IMG/VR virus record: IMGVR_UViG_3300049783_001388
Coordinates: 1-58,992 of that record
Length of the DNA stretch: 58,992 bases
Direction: 5' to 3' (one strand)
Origin: a virus
Lineage: Duplodnaviria > Caudoviricetes
Position numbers and translations under genes: made by a program. The notes under the pieces are model-generated. The model had not been told where the DNA came from and searched no databases. It worked only from the letters and a program-made list of their open reading frames with translations. Below, piece after piece: positions 32,033 to 39,898 of this stretch (positions are counted from its first letter, which is position 1; each line of letters begins with the position of its first letter).

Positions 32033-32503
32033 ATGGCAAAAAAAAAGATACAAATAATAGATTATTTAGATATACTCCAAAGAGAGTGGGTACAATTCTT
32101 TTGGGCATACAATAGTTTCCCTAAAAAATATAGAGAAAAGTATTTAGAATTATTTAAAGATAGAGAAATTAAAATCATTGATATATCAAGTAAGATTTTA
32201 GTTTCAAATATATTTTCTGACATGGATGTTTTAGAAAATAAGTTTAAAGAAGTATTTACAGGATTAGGTGAACCTAAATTTAATTATAGGGGTGATGATG
32301 TAAAGGGCAAAATTCACCATTTCAATATATTTTATTTCTTTGTAGGTGAAGAAGTTAAGTGCATTAATACTGATACAAAAATATTAGTTAAAGAGGTTAG
32401 CCCAAACCTTGATTTTTTAATTGGGGATTCAAAAATAGATATAAATCATGTATCTTATGATTTTAATTTCAAAATATTTAAGCAATGGCTAAAACAGTTT
32501 TAG
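32033..32503 (+). CDS. Hypothetical protein
   Basis: ORF with AAACTATAAA leader. Confidence 0.65.
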   Translation: MAKKKIQIIDYLDILQREWVQFFWAYNSFPKKYREKYLELFKDREIKIIDISSKILVSNIFSDMDVLENKFKEVFTGLGEPKFNYRGDDVKGKIHHFNIFYFFVGEEVKCINTDTKILVKEVSPNLDFLIGDSKIDINHVSYDFNFKIFKQWLKQF

Positions 32504-33069
32504 TAGAGAAAGGTAAAAAAGGTTCATCTTTAAAAGTTGAAAAAATTTTAGGGGTAGAAGATAAAACACTTGATATAGTAGAAGTGTTAAAGGTTCATGA
32601 TGATGTAATATTACCAGAGTACCAAACAGAAGGTTCAAGTGGGATGGATATAAGGGCTTATTTTGAATCTGTCACTGACTTGAAGCAGTTAAACCAAGAC
32701 ACACACCCAATTGAGGTGACTGTAAATGGGGCTATAATGTTACCTTCAGGATCAAGGGTTATTATACCATCTGGCTTAAAGATATCTATGCCAATTGGTA
32801 TGGAAGCACAAGTTAGAAGTAGAAGTGGTTTGTCTTTAAAGAAAGGTTTAGTTGTATCACAAGGTATTGGCACAATAGATTCTGACTATAGAGGTGAAAT
32901 TGGGATTTGCATTACAAATATTAGCAAGTCTAAACAGTATATATTAAAAGGAGAAAGGATTTGCCAATTAGTTTTCGCAAAAGTAGAAAAAATTCAATTT
33001 AATGAAATTACCAAATTATCTTCCACTGAAAGAGGTGAAGGAGGGTTTGGATCAACTGGTGAAAAATAA
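32485..33069 (+). CDS. dut: Trimeric dUTPase
   Basis: SGMDI, RSRSG, GTIDSDYRGE, ERICQ, RGEGGFGSTG. Confidence 0.97.
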   Translation: MAKTVLVEKGKKGSSLKVEKILGVEDKTLDIVEVLKVHDDVILPEYQTEGSSGMDIRAYFESVTDLKQLNQDTHPIEVTVNGAIMLPSGSRVIIPSGLKISMPIGMEAQVRSRSGLSLKKGLVVSQGIGTIDSDYRGEIGICITNISKSKQYILKGERICQLVFAKVEKIQFNEITKLSSTERGEGGFGSTGEK

Positions 33070-33096
33070 TAACAAAATTCATAAACTATAAATTAT

Positions 33097-34074
33097 ATGG
33101 ACGCAATAAATCCAAGATACAAAGAAAAACTAGATAGAGTTTCAAAGATATTTAGTGAAACAAAATTTGTTGTTAATACAAGGGGTCGTATTGATAATAA
33201 ATTACATCATACCTTAAAAAATATCCCAAGAATATTATCTAGGAATATTATTGTGATTACCATACCACAAGAAGTAGAGCCATTAAAAAATTTACTTGAA
33301 GAATTAAATATTGAAGTAGATGAAGTATGGGGTATTCATCATAATTATTTAGGTCAAGCTAGGCAAGATACATTAGACAGATTTAAATGCAATGTTGTAT
33401 TCATTGACGATATGTTTACTTTCCATGCAAGAGAACACTCTGACACAGGTATCGAGACTACATATATGCTAAAACAAATTAGTAAAAAAAATTTTAATGC
33501 AGATAAGAGAGAATCAATAATGATTGATATGTTCGAATGGGTTGTAGAGAAATTGAATCTTGGATGTTTTGGTGTCGTTGGTATAAGTAATAGACCATCA
33601 AATAATAATATAAAATTTGATGAAGTTTATAATGATAGAATTGGTGGTTTCTATGGCATTAACTATGAATTATTTCGCACACTGAAAAATGAGCCAAAGT
33701 TAGATGACATGATAACAAAGCAGGATATGTATATCATATTACATTTCTTACAAAATGGTATCCCGTGTGTTAAGTCTTCTAAGTATGCATTTAACAGAAG
33801 TGGTGGGGCAAACTCAAAGGGCGGATGCAGTATATATAGGGATGTTGGATTAATGGACCATGATGCAAGAGCATTAAAATCTTTATTCCCACAATATGTA
33901 AACCTAAAAGATAAGAGTGCAATTTCTTGGAAAAATGTAGGGGATGTAAAAACATTCAAAGATGTTATGGTACAATGGAAAAAGGCATACACTGGAGAGG
34001 AAGTTTACAAATTATGTGGATATTCACAGAAAGAGCCAATTACAAAAGATAATACGCCAAACCCTTATAAATAA
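33097..34074 (+). CDS. GT-A fold glycosyltransferase, TET/JBP-associated (TAGT-like) DNA glycosyltransferase family
   Basis: NTRGR start, GQARQ, FIDD, KQD....L..LQ.G, NSKGGCSIYR, LFPQYV, WKKAY pattern of nucleic-acid GT-A enzymes. Confidence 0.75.
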   Translation: MDAINPRYKEKLDRVSKIFSETKFVVNTRGRIDNKLHHTLKNIPRILSRNIIVITIPQEVEPLKNLLEELNIEVDEVWGIHHNYLGQARQDTLDRFKCNVVFIDDMFTFHAREHSDTGIETTYMLKQISKKNFNADKRESIMIDMFEWVVEKLNLGCFGVVGISNRPSNNNIKFDEVYNDRIGGFYGINYELFRTLKNEPKLDDMITKQDMYIILHFLQNGIPCVKSSKYAFNRSGGANSKGGCSIYRDVGLMDHDARALKSLFPQYVNLKDKSAISWKNVGDVKTFKDVMVQWKKAYTGEEVYKLCGYSQKEPITKDNTPNPYK

Positions 34075-34165
34075 CTCTAAGATACATTTTAAGCAATATT
34101 TAAACCATTTTAAGCAATCTTTGCTTATTTATGGTACAATTTGTAAGCATTAAATATCTAGTGCG

Positions 34166-34197
34166 TTAGGGACGCTTTATTATACCATTACTATTGC
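34166..34197 (+). promoter_or_regulatory. Candidate phage RNA polymerase promoter, copy 3, upstream of the RNA island
   Basis: TTAGGGACGCTTTATTATACCATTACTATTGC. Confidence 0.55.
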
Positions 34198-34213
34198 TAT
34201 ATTTTATTAAGTT

Positions 34214-34293
34214 TCGCTAGAAGTTGTGTTGGTTTATAACACTATCCTCTTAGTACGGGAAAGAGTGCGTTGGTTCGAATCCAACCTAGCGAT
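34214..34293 (+). tRNA. Atypical tRNA-like RNA with elongated anticodon arm (TAG in the loop)
   Basis: Acceptor TCGCTAG/CTAGCGA, D stem GTTG/TAAC, T arm GTTGG-TTCGAAT-CCAAC; 22-nt anticodon arm. Confidence 0.75.
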
Positions 34294-34450
34294 CAAAGAG
34301 TTTTAAAATCTAGGTTTGGACACTAAAAACCATTGGATAAAATGCCATAAAGTAGTCAAATAATAGCATAAATAATTTAGACAGAAACAAACAGCTGATA
34401 ATACATTAGTTGATAAAATGAAGTAAGTTTATCATAATTATTTATTAAAA

Positions 34451-34520
34451 TCTATATTAGCTCAACTTGGTAGAGCAGTTCTTAACTGAATTTATATTGG
34501 TTCGAATCCAATATATAGAT
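34451..34520 (+). tRNA. Atypical tRNA-like RNA with shortened anticodon arm
   Basis: Acceptor TCTATAT/ATATAGA, D arm GCTC-AACTTGGTA-GAGC, T arm ATTGG-TTCGAAT-CCAAT; only 19 nt between the D and T stems. Confidence 0.75.
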
Positions 34521-34544
34521 CAAATAATTACTTGTTAAGTTACT

Positions 34545-34708
34545 AATCCCAGGTACGTAGATTGTCGAACGTCGCGTAGTAGAAATATGTAATATAGACC
34601 CTGAAGAGGAAAATGCATAAGTAAAGGCATAATTAAAACTCATTAAATGAGAATATAGATTATGTACTCTGGGTTAATATATGGGGGGTGCGATAATCCC
34701 CCTTCTTT
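34545..34708 (+). ncRNA. Candidate structured ncRNA
   Basis: CCCAG-GTACGTAG (34548-34560) pairs with TTATGTAC-T-CTGGG (34660-34673); internal hairpins; a GGGGG/CCCCC hairpin follows. Confidence 0.35.
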
Positions 34709-34727
34709 AAAAAAAATTTATAAAAAT

Positions 34728-34957
34728 AAACTCTTTGGATTGAATATAAACTATAGAGGTGTAACATAGAATCCTTGAATAGGTGTTAGTCATGCATCAA
34801 CTATTAAACTGTATCAGCAGTTGTGTTTATTTAAATATATTGCTTAAGAAAATAACGTGTGCCCGATTATAGTTTTAAAAGAACCTCTGATTGATCAGCA
34901 GTAGACAGTGGAGAAAAACCTGCAATATCCCATAGCTTTAATTGGGACAAAGAGTTT
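34728..34957 (+). ncRNA. Candidate ~230-nt pseudoknotted ncRNA
   Basis: Perfect 10-bp closing stem, two crossing helices and several hairpins; followed by a terminator. Confidence 0.5.
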
Positions 34958-34966
34958 TTAAAATAT

Positions 34967-34990
34967 AAGGGTTGGTATAACCCTTTTTTT
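34967..34990 (+). terminator. Intrinsic terminator ending the RNA island
   Basis: AAGGGTT-GGTAT-AACCCTT plus T run. Confidence 0.85.
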
Positions 34991-35020
34991 AACAAAAAAA
35001 TCAACACTAAATTATAAAAG

Positions 35021-35134
35021 ATGAAAAAAAGAAAACGTTGCAAATCAGTAAAATTATCTGGATCTTCTGAGCCTAAAAGAGTTAGCAAAAGAGTTGTCTT
35101 AAACGATAAAGGTTTCCCATCATGCAAGAAATAG
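35021..35134 (+). CDS. 37-aa highly basic peptide not in the ORF track
   Basis: MKKRKRCKSVKLSGSSEPKRVSKRVVLNDKGFPSCKK with an A-rich start; overlaps the polymerase start. Confidence 0.45.
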   Translation: MKKRKRCKSVKLSGSSEPKRVSKRVVLNDKGFPSCKK

Positions 35135-38100
35135 TTGGAAGCTTAGAAAAAGATAGGATATTGTATAATGTACTAGATGATTCTACTATTGAGATAGGTG
35201 GTAAAGATTACCAAATAATTAAAGAACATGATGGACTAATAATAGATTCTAAGTTTAGGTTTATTTGTGATAAATCACAGGAAAATGCTATATTTAATTT
35301 TGGTGGAAATCTTTACTATTGCGAATTCGATAATTTTCAATTAAATGAGCTAAGGTACATTGGTGAAAATGATTATCTAATGGACGATTATGCATTCTTA
35401 GGAGTGCATGGTGGTATGGAAATATTAAGTGGGAGTAGAGAGTATTCTGATTGGGTAAAGAAAGCTAATTTTCTTGGTATTAAAAACCTTGCTATATGTG
35501 AAAAAGATACATTAGCTGGAGTTATGAAATTTCAAATAGAATGCAACAATAAAGGCATAAAGCCAATAATTGGAATGCAAGTTACAGTATTGGACGAAGA
35601 TGAAGAAATTCATCTTTTAAACTTATATACAGTTAACGATGATGGTTGGAAAAATTTATTATCAATTAATAAAATAATTAACGTCGATAACATTGGCAAA
35701 CCAATTAAGAATTCGCAACTTGAGGATTGTATGCTTGGTCTTGTTGCTATTTACAATGTAGATAGTATAAGTTATAAGCAATACAAAAAATACGATCGGC
35801 ATAGTAAAAATTTTGCAATTAGTTATTTGAAATATTCTACTGATGAGTTAGAATTTAATTACTTAAATGAATTAAAATTATTCATAAGAGACTCAAATTT
35901 AAAACCTTATTCTTTAACTAATGCATACTATTTAGAAGAAGACCATTCAAGGGTTAAAAAAGAATTGCAACTTATAGGTAAAATTTCTAAGAGAGTAACA
36001 AAGTATAGAGAGAACTTTCATTCTAATGAAGATTTATTTCTCCACTACGATGAAAAAACTAAAGACATACCTCACTTAGTTCTTTATTCTATAGAAAATA
36101 CTAACAAATTATCAGATCTTTGTAATTTTAATGTCAGCCAAAATGGCAGGAATCTACCTAGATATAAGATGAACCAAAATGAAATTGATGAATTTGGTAT
36201 AGATGGTAGTGAAGATCTATTCTGGAGTTTGGTTCAAAAGGGTATTGCTAATAAAGTACCTACTGATAAGCAAGAGGAGTATATGGACAGAGTTGCTACT
36301 GAATGGGAAGTAATTGAATACGGAGACGTAATGGATTATTTCTTAATATTGTGGGACATAATAAAATGGGCAAGATCTAAAGGTATATTAGTAGGTGATG
36401 GTCGAGGTTCAGCAGCAGGATCATTAGTGTCGTACCTTATGGACATAACTAGGGTAGATCCAATAGAGTACAATTTGCTATTTGAAAGGTTCTTAAATAG
36501 GGGTAGGGTTGAAAAGTCTCTACCAGATATAGATGTAGATTTTAGTGGGAAGCGTAGATGGGAAGTTAAGGAATATGTAATGAACAAATACGGATATGAC
36601 TATTTCTGTAGTGTAGGCACTTATACGAACCTGAAACCAAAATCTTTAATTAAAGAAATTGGAAAACTAAATGGTTTAGAACACAGTGACATAAATTATT
36701 TCACTACATTAATGGGTGACTCTAATGAATTCTTAGATATATTTACAGAAGCACAAAAGAGACCACAAATTAAGAAATTTGTTTGCAATAATGTAGGCAT
36801 AATTAATGAGACAAGGTTGATGAATCTACAGCCTAAAGCAGAATCAATTCATGCTTGTGCTACAATTATAGTACCAAACTCTAAAGAAATTTATGAGTGG
36901 ATACCAGTAAAGGTTATGAACCAAAATGGCGAACACGTATTGGTAAGTCAATGGGAAGGTGCGGAGCTTGAGTCTGCTGGATTCTTAAAGGAGGATATTT
37001 TAGGTCTTGGGTTATTAGATAAGTACGAAATGATTTTATACTTAATTAAAAGAGACTACAATATAGATATTGATTTATATTCAATAGATATACACGAGCC
37101 TGAAATATATGAATACTTTAGGGAAGGTTGGAGTTCTGATATATTTCAATTTGGTACTCCAGGGTTAACTTCATATTGTAAAGAGATGAAGCCAGATAAT
37201 GTTGAAGATATGATCGCGGCAGTAAGTTTGTATAGACCTGGTCCAATGGAAAATGGTTTTCACAAGAAATATATCAAATGTAAATTAGGTATAGACGAGA
37301 CATACCATTTCCCACACATGGAAGATATAACAAAAGATACTTATGGTATTCTATGTTATCAAGAACAAATTATGCAGACTTGTGTTAAGATTGGTGGATT
37401 GCCATTAAGTGAAGCGGATGATATTAGAAAATCTATGGTAAAGAAAAAAATATCAGAAATTGAAAAATACTCTGCAAAGTTTCATGAGCATGCCATAAAT
37501 GTATTAAAAATTGATGAAATAATTGTACAAGAAATTTGGGAAACATTATTAAAATTTGCCAGTTATGGTTTCAATAGAAGCCATGCTGCAAGCTATTCAA
37601 TAATGGCTATCTATGGACAATGGTTTAAGATTAATTACCCACTACAATTCTGGAGTACAACATTTAGTTTCGGAGATGATAAAACATATCCAAATTTTAT
37701 ATCTGAAATTAATAAGATTGGAGGTATTAAATTAAATCCAGTTGATATTAATCTAAGCGGTAGTACTGTAAATTCAGATTTTGACACTAATGCATTATAC
37801 TGGAGTTTAAATTCAGTTAAGCAATGTGGAGATAAATCTTATACACAGATTGTAGAAGACAAGAGGCTTAAAGGTGATTACATAAGTTTCGATAATTTCT
37901 TAACAAGGAATGTTTATAAAGGCAGTAAAGTAAATAAGGCAGTTATAGAAAATTTAATTATATGCGGAGCATTTGATAAATTAGAATTCATAGACAACAT
38001 TTGTGAAAGAAATAGGTTAGTGGATTACTATCATACTTATGCAAAAGTAAGGGGGGATCACTCTATTAAATTCTCAAATACTGAATCTAAAAATTGGTGG

Positions 38101-38487
38101 GCTTTAAAACAAAGAGAATTATGTGGGCTTTCAATATTTGATTACAGTTCTATTGTATCAGAAATTAATAAAGGCGATAGTTGGGATACACCAGATGAAT
38201 TTGAATCTTTAGGGGATGGTGCAAGAGTCAATGTTTGTGGCTTCGTACAAGACTTTGAAATTAAGAGGATTAGGAATGGTAAAAGAATGTGTATTGTAAA
38301 ATTAGATTATAACTATGAAAATTTTGTATTAACAATATGGGATGAAACCCTAGATAGTTATGAAGATCTTATAAAAGATTGCAAGGAGAAAATTGTTATA
38401 TTTAGGGGGCAACTCAAATATGATAATTTTCATAAAGAGCTAAGGGTATTTTCTAATAAAAATTCTTTAATGGAATTAATATCTTAA
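35122..38487 (+). CDS. dnaE: DNA polymerase III alpha-type (family C) polymerase
   Basis: PHP-like region, GRGSAAGSLVSY, LLFERF, PDIDVDF, KEDILGL, YQEQ, YGFNRSHA, C-terminal OB fold. Confidence 0.97.
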   Translation: MQEIVGSLEKDRILYNVLDDSTIEIGGKDYQIIKEHDGLIIDSKFRFICDKSQENAIFNFGGNLYYCEFDNFQLNELRYIGENDYLMDDYAFLGVHGGMEILSGSREYSDWVKKANFLGIKNLAICEKDTLAGVMKFQIECNNKGIKPIIGMQVTVLDEDEEIHLLNLYTVNDDGWKNLLSINKIINVDNIGKPIKNSQLEDCMLGLVAIYNVDSISYKQYKKYDRHSKNFAISYLKYSTDELEFNYLNELKLFIRDSNLKPYSLTNAYYLEEDHSRVKKELQLIGKISKRVTKYRENFHSNEDLFLHYDEKTKDIPHLVLYSIENTNKLSDLCNFNVSQNGRNLPRYKMNQNEIDEFGIDGSEDLFWSLVQKGIANKVPTDKQEEYMDRVATEWEVIEYGDVMDYFLILWDIIKWARSKGILVGDGRGSAAGSLVSYLMDITRVDPIEYNLLFERFLNRGRVEKSLPDIDVDFSGKRRWEVKEYVMNKYGYDYFCSVGTYTNLKPKSLIKEIGKLNGLEHSDINYFTTLMGDSNEFLDIFTEAQKRPQIKKFVCNNVGIINETRLMNLQPKAESIHACATIIVPNSKEIYEWIPVKVMNQNGEHVLVSQWEGAELESAGFLKEDILGLGLLDKYEMILYLIKRDYNIDIDLYSIDIHEPEIYEYFREGWSSDIFQFGTPGLTSYCKEMKPDNVEDMIAAVSLYRPGPMENGFHKKYIKCKLGIDETYHFPHMEDITKDTYGILCYQEQIMQTCVKIGGLPLSEADDIRKSMVKKKISEIEKYSAKFHEHAINVLKIDEIIVQEIWETLLKFASYGFNRSHAASYSIMAIYGQWFKINYPLQFWSTTFSFGDDKTYPNFISEINKIGGIKLNPVDINLSGSTVNSDFDTNALYWSLNSVKQCGDKSYTQIVEDKRLKGDYISFDNFLTRNVYKGSKVNKAVIENLIICGAFDKLEFIDNICERNRLVDYYHTYAKVRGDHSIKFSNTESKNWWALKQRELCGLSIFDYSSIVSEINKGDSWDTPDEFESLGDGARVNVCGFVQDFEIKRIRNGKRMCIVKLDYNYENFVLTIWDETLDSYEDLIKDCKEKIVIFRGQLKYDNFHKELRVFSNKNSLMELIS

Positions 38488-38523
38488 GATTAATTTTTTA
38501 AATAAAAAAATCTTTTTAAAGCT

Positions 38524-38555
38524 CCAAATCTTGGGCATTATTCATACGTAAATCA
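38524..38555 (+). promoter_or_regulatory. CCAAATCTTGGG-N7-CATACGTAAATCA repeated element
   Basis: Related copies at 51070, 53301 and 58629. Confidence 0.5.
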
Positions 38556-38595
38556 GTAAATTGGACCCAGACATAAAATTTAAGAATGATTTACG

Positions 38596-38666
38596 CACTA
38601 CTAGGTATGATTTATCATGCCGGAATGTTGCTAGGCGACAATGTGGTTCGAATCCATAAGTAGTGA
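38596..38666 (+). tRNA. Atypical tRNA-like RNA with no canonical anticodon arm
   Basis: Acceptor CACTACT/AGTAGTG and T arm TGTGG-TTCGAAT-CCATA. The interior is GGTATGA-TTTA-TCATGCC and TGTTGC-TAG-GCGACA. Confidence 0.7.
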
Positions 38667-38700
38667 CAAAAGTAGTATTAGACATCATTAACTAATAAAT

Positions 38701-39195
38701 TTGATTAAAATGGATATAGTAAAGAACAATAAAATTATTGCAAGATATATGGGAGGGAAATTCCCAGGTGAAGCTAGATTTTTTATAGAACCTCAAGATG
38801 TTTGGCTACCAACGTTTGGATTTTGCAGATCGGATACAGTTGATGTAGGGAAAGGTAAAATCCTAGAATACCAAAAAAGTTGGGATTGGCTTATACCTGT
38901 GATTGAAAAAATTACAAGTGATGATGCTTACCCTAAATACTTGGATTATTCAAGTGGTATGCTTGATAAGGGGGGTGTCCATATTAACACGAAATTTATT
39001 TCTAATACATATAATCAAGTTATTTATTTTATTTATTGGTACAATGAGCAATTAACTTTATCTGATGCTGATAAGGCATCTGAATTTGAGAAAGACCTTT
39101 TTAAATTGATAAACAAATATTGCAGTGGTGGATTAAAAAAGCCAGAACTTGTTAAGGTGATGGAATGGGTTTTAATTAATTGCAAAACGAGTTAA
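38701..39195 (+). CDS. Hypothetical protein
   Basis: NKIIARYMG...SWDWLIPVIEKI motif common in phage hypothetical proteins; start probably the ATG at 38710. Confidence 0.65.
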   Translation: MIKMDIVKNNKIIARYMGGKFPGEARFFIEPQDVWLPTFGFCRSDTVDVGKGKILEYQKSWDWLIPVIEKITSDDAYPKYLDYSSGMLDKGGVHINTKFISNTYNQVIYFIYWYNEQLTLSDADKASEFEKDLFKLINKYCSGGLKKPELVKVMEWVLINCKTS

Positions 39196-39264
39196 CAAAT
39201 ATATCCCCTTACAGACATTATTTTTATTCTATACATAGTAATGTATGCAATTAATAAATCTTTG

Positions 39265-39304
39265 TCTTAAAAACTACTTAAACTATAAAAAAGTGCTATA
39301 TTTG
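39265..39304 (+). promoter_or_regulatory. Host-type promoter for the kinase-RNAP operon
   Basis: TATATTTG at 39297 (Bacteroidota -7 box) with TCTTAA starting 32 nt upstream. Confidence 0.6.
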
Positions 39305-39343
39305 CACTTTATTTTAATAACCTTATTTAATATAGCAAAAAAT

Positions 39344-39895
39344 ATGAAAAAAGTTATTGCATTTATCGGCTTCGAAGGTAGCGGTAAAGATTACCAAACC
39401 AACAAAATACTACAAGACAAATCTTATACCCGAATAGGTATGAGTGACGCCATTAGGGAAAAGGCTTTTAAGTCATGTGGTATTAAACCAATTTACGGTA
39501 AAGAATATGAAAAATGGAAAATAAGTCCATTACATGGATTTACTGGTAAAACTGGTAGAGATTTATTATTAAAAATTGGCGAAATGCAACGTAAGATTAA
39601 CCCTTATGTATGGTCTGAAAAGTGGCTTAAGAGTGCTAATAAATTATTTCCAAATAATATAGTAGTTAATGATTGCAGGTTTTGGCACGAAGTTAGGTCT
39701 ATATTGAATTTATCACTAATTAATGGTTATGAAGTTATCTTTATTTATTGCAACTACCAAGGTGAAAAATTTAGGGTATCTAAAGAAAAGCCTGACCAAT
39801 TAGCTTATTTCTTCCATGAAAATAATTTTACTAATAATTATGACATTACAGAAATAGTAAAAGTGATGGCAGGGTACACGAATGATAAATTTTAG
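39344..39895 (+). CDS. Deoxynucleoside monophosphate kinase
   Basis: GFEGSGKD P-loop, RDLLLKIGE, NDCRF..E. ATG 39344 is preferred because the promoter lies within the longer ORF. Confidence 0.85.
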   Translation: MKKVIAFIGFEGSGKDYQTNKILQDKSYTRIGMSDAIREKAFKSCGIKPIYGKEYEKWKISPLHGFTGKTGRDLLLKIGEMQRKINPYVWSEKWLKSANKLFPNNIVVNDCRFWHEVRSILNLSLINGYEVIFIYCNYQGEKFRVSKEKPDQLAYFFHENNFTNNYDITEIVKVMAGYTNDKF

Positions 39896-39898
39896 TTT

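Noticed and set aside
34600-34614. Hammerhead ribozyme core (CTGAAGA...GAAA)
   Set aside because: Only one base separates CTGAAGA and GAAA, leaving no stem II.
34604-34895. RNase P RNA (GAGGAAA and AGAACC-like words)
   Set aside because: The two segments do not form the P4 pairing, and other conserved regions were not found.
34214-38666. Suppressor tRNAs or stop-codon recoding
   Set aside because: Long genes are intact in the standard code, TAA, TAG and TGA all serve as stops, and no canonical CTA/TTA/TCA anticodon loop is present.
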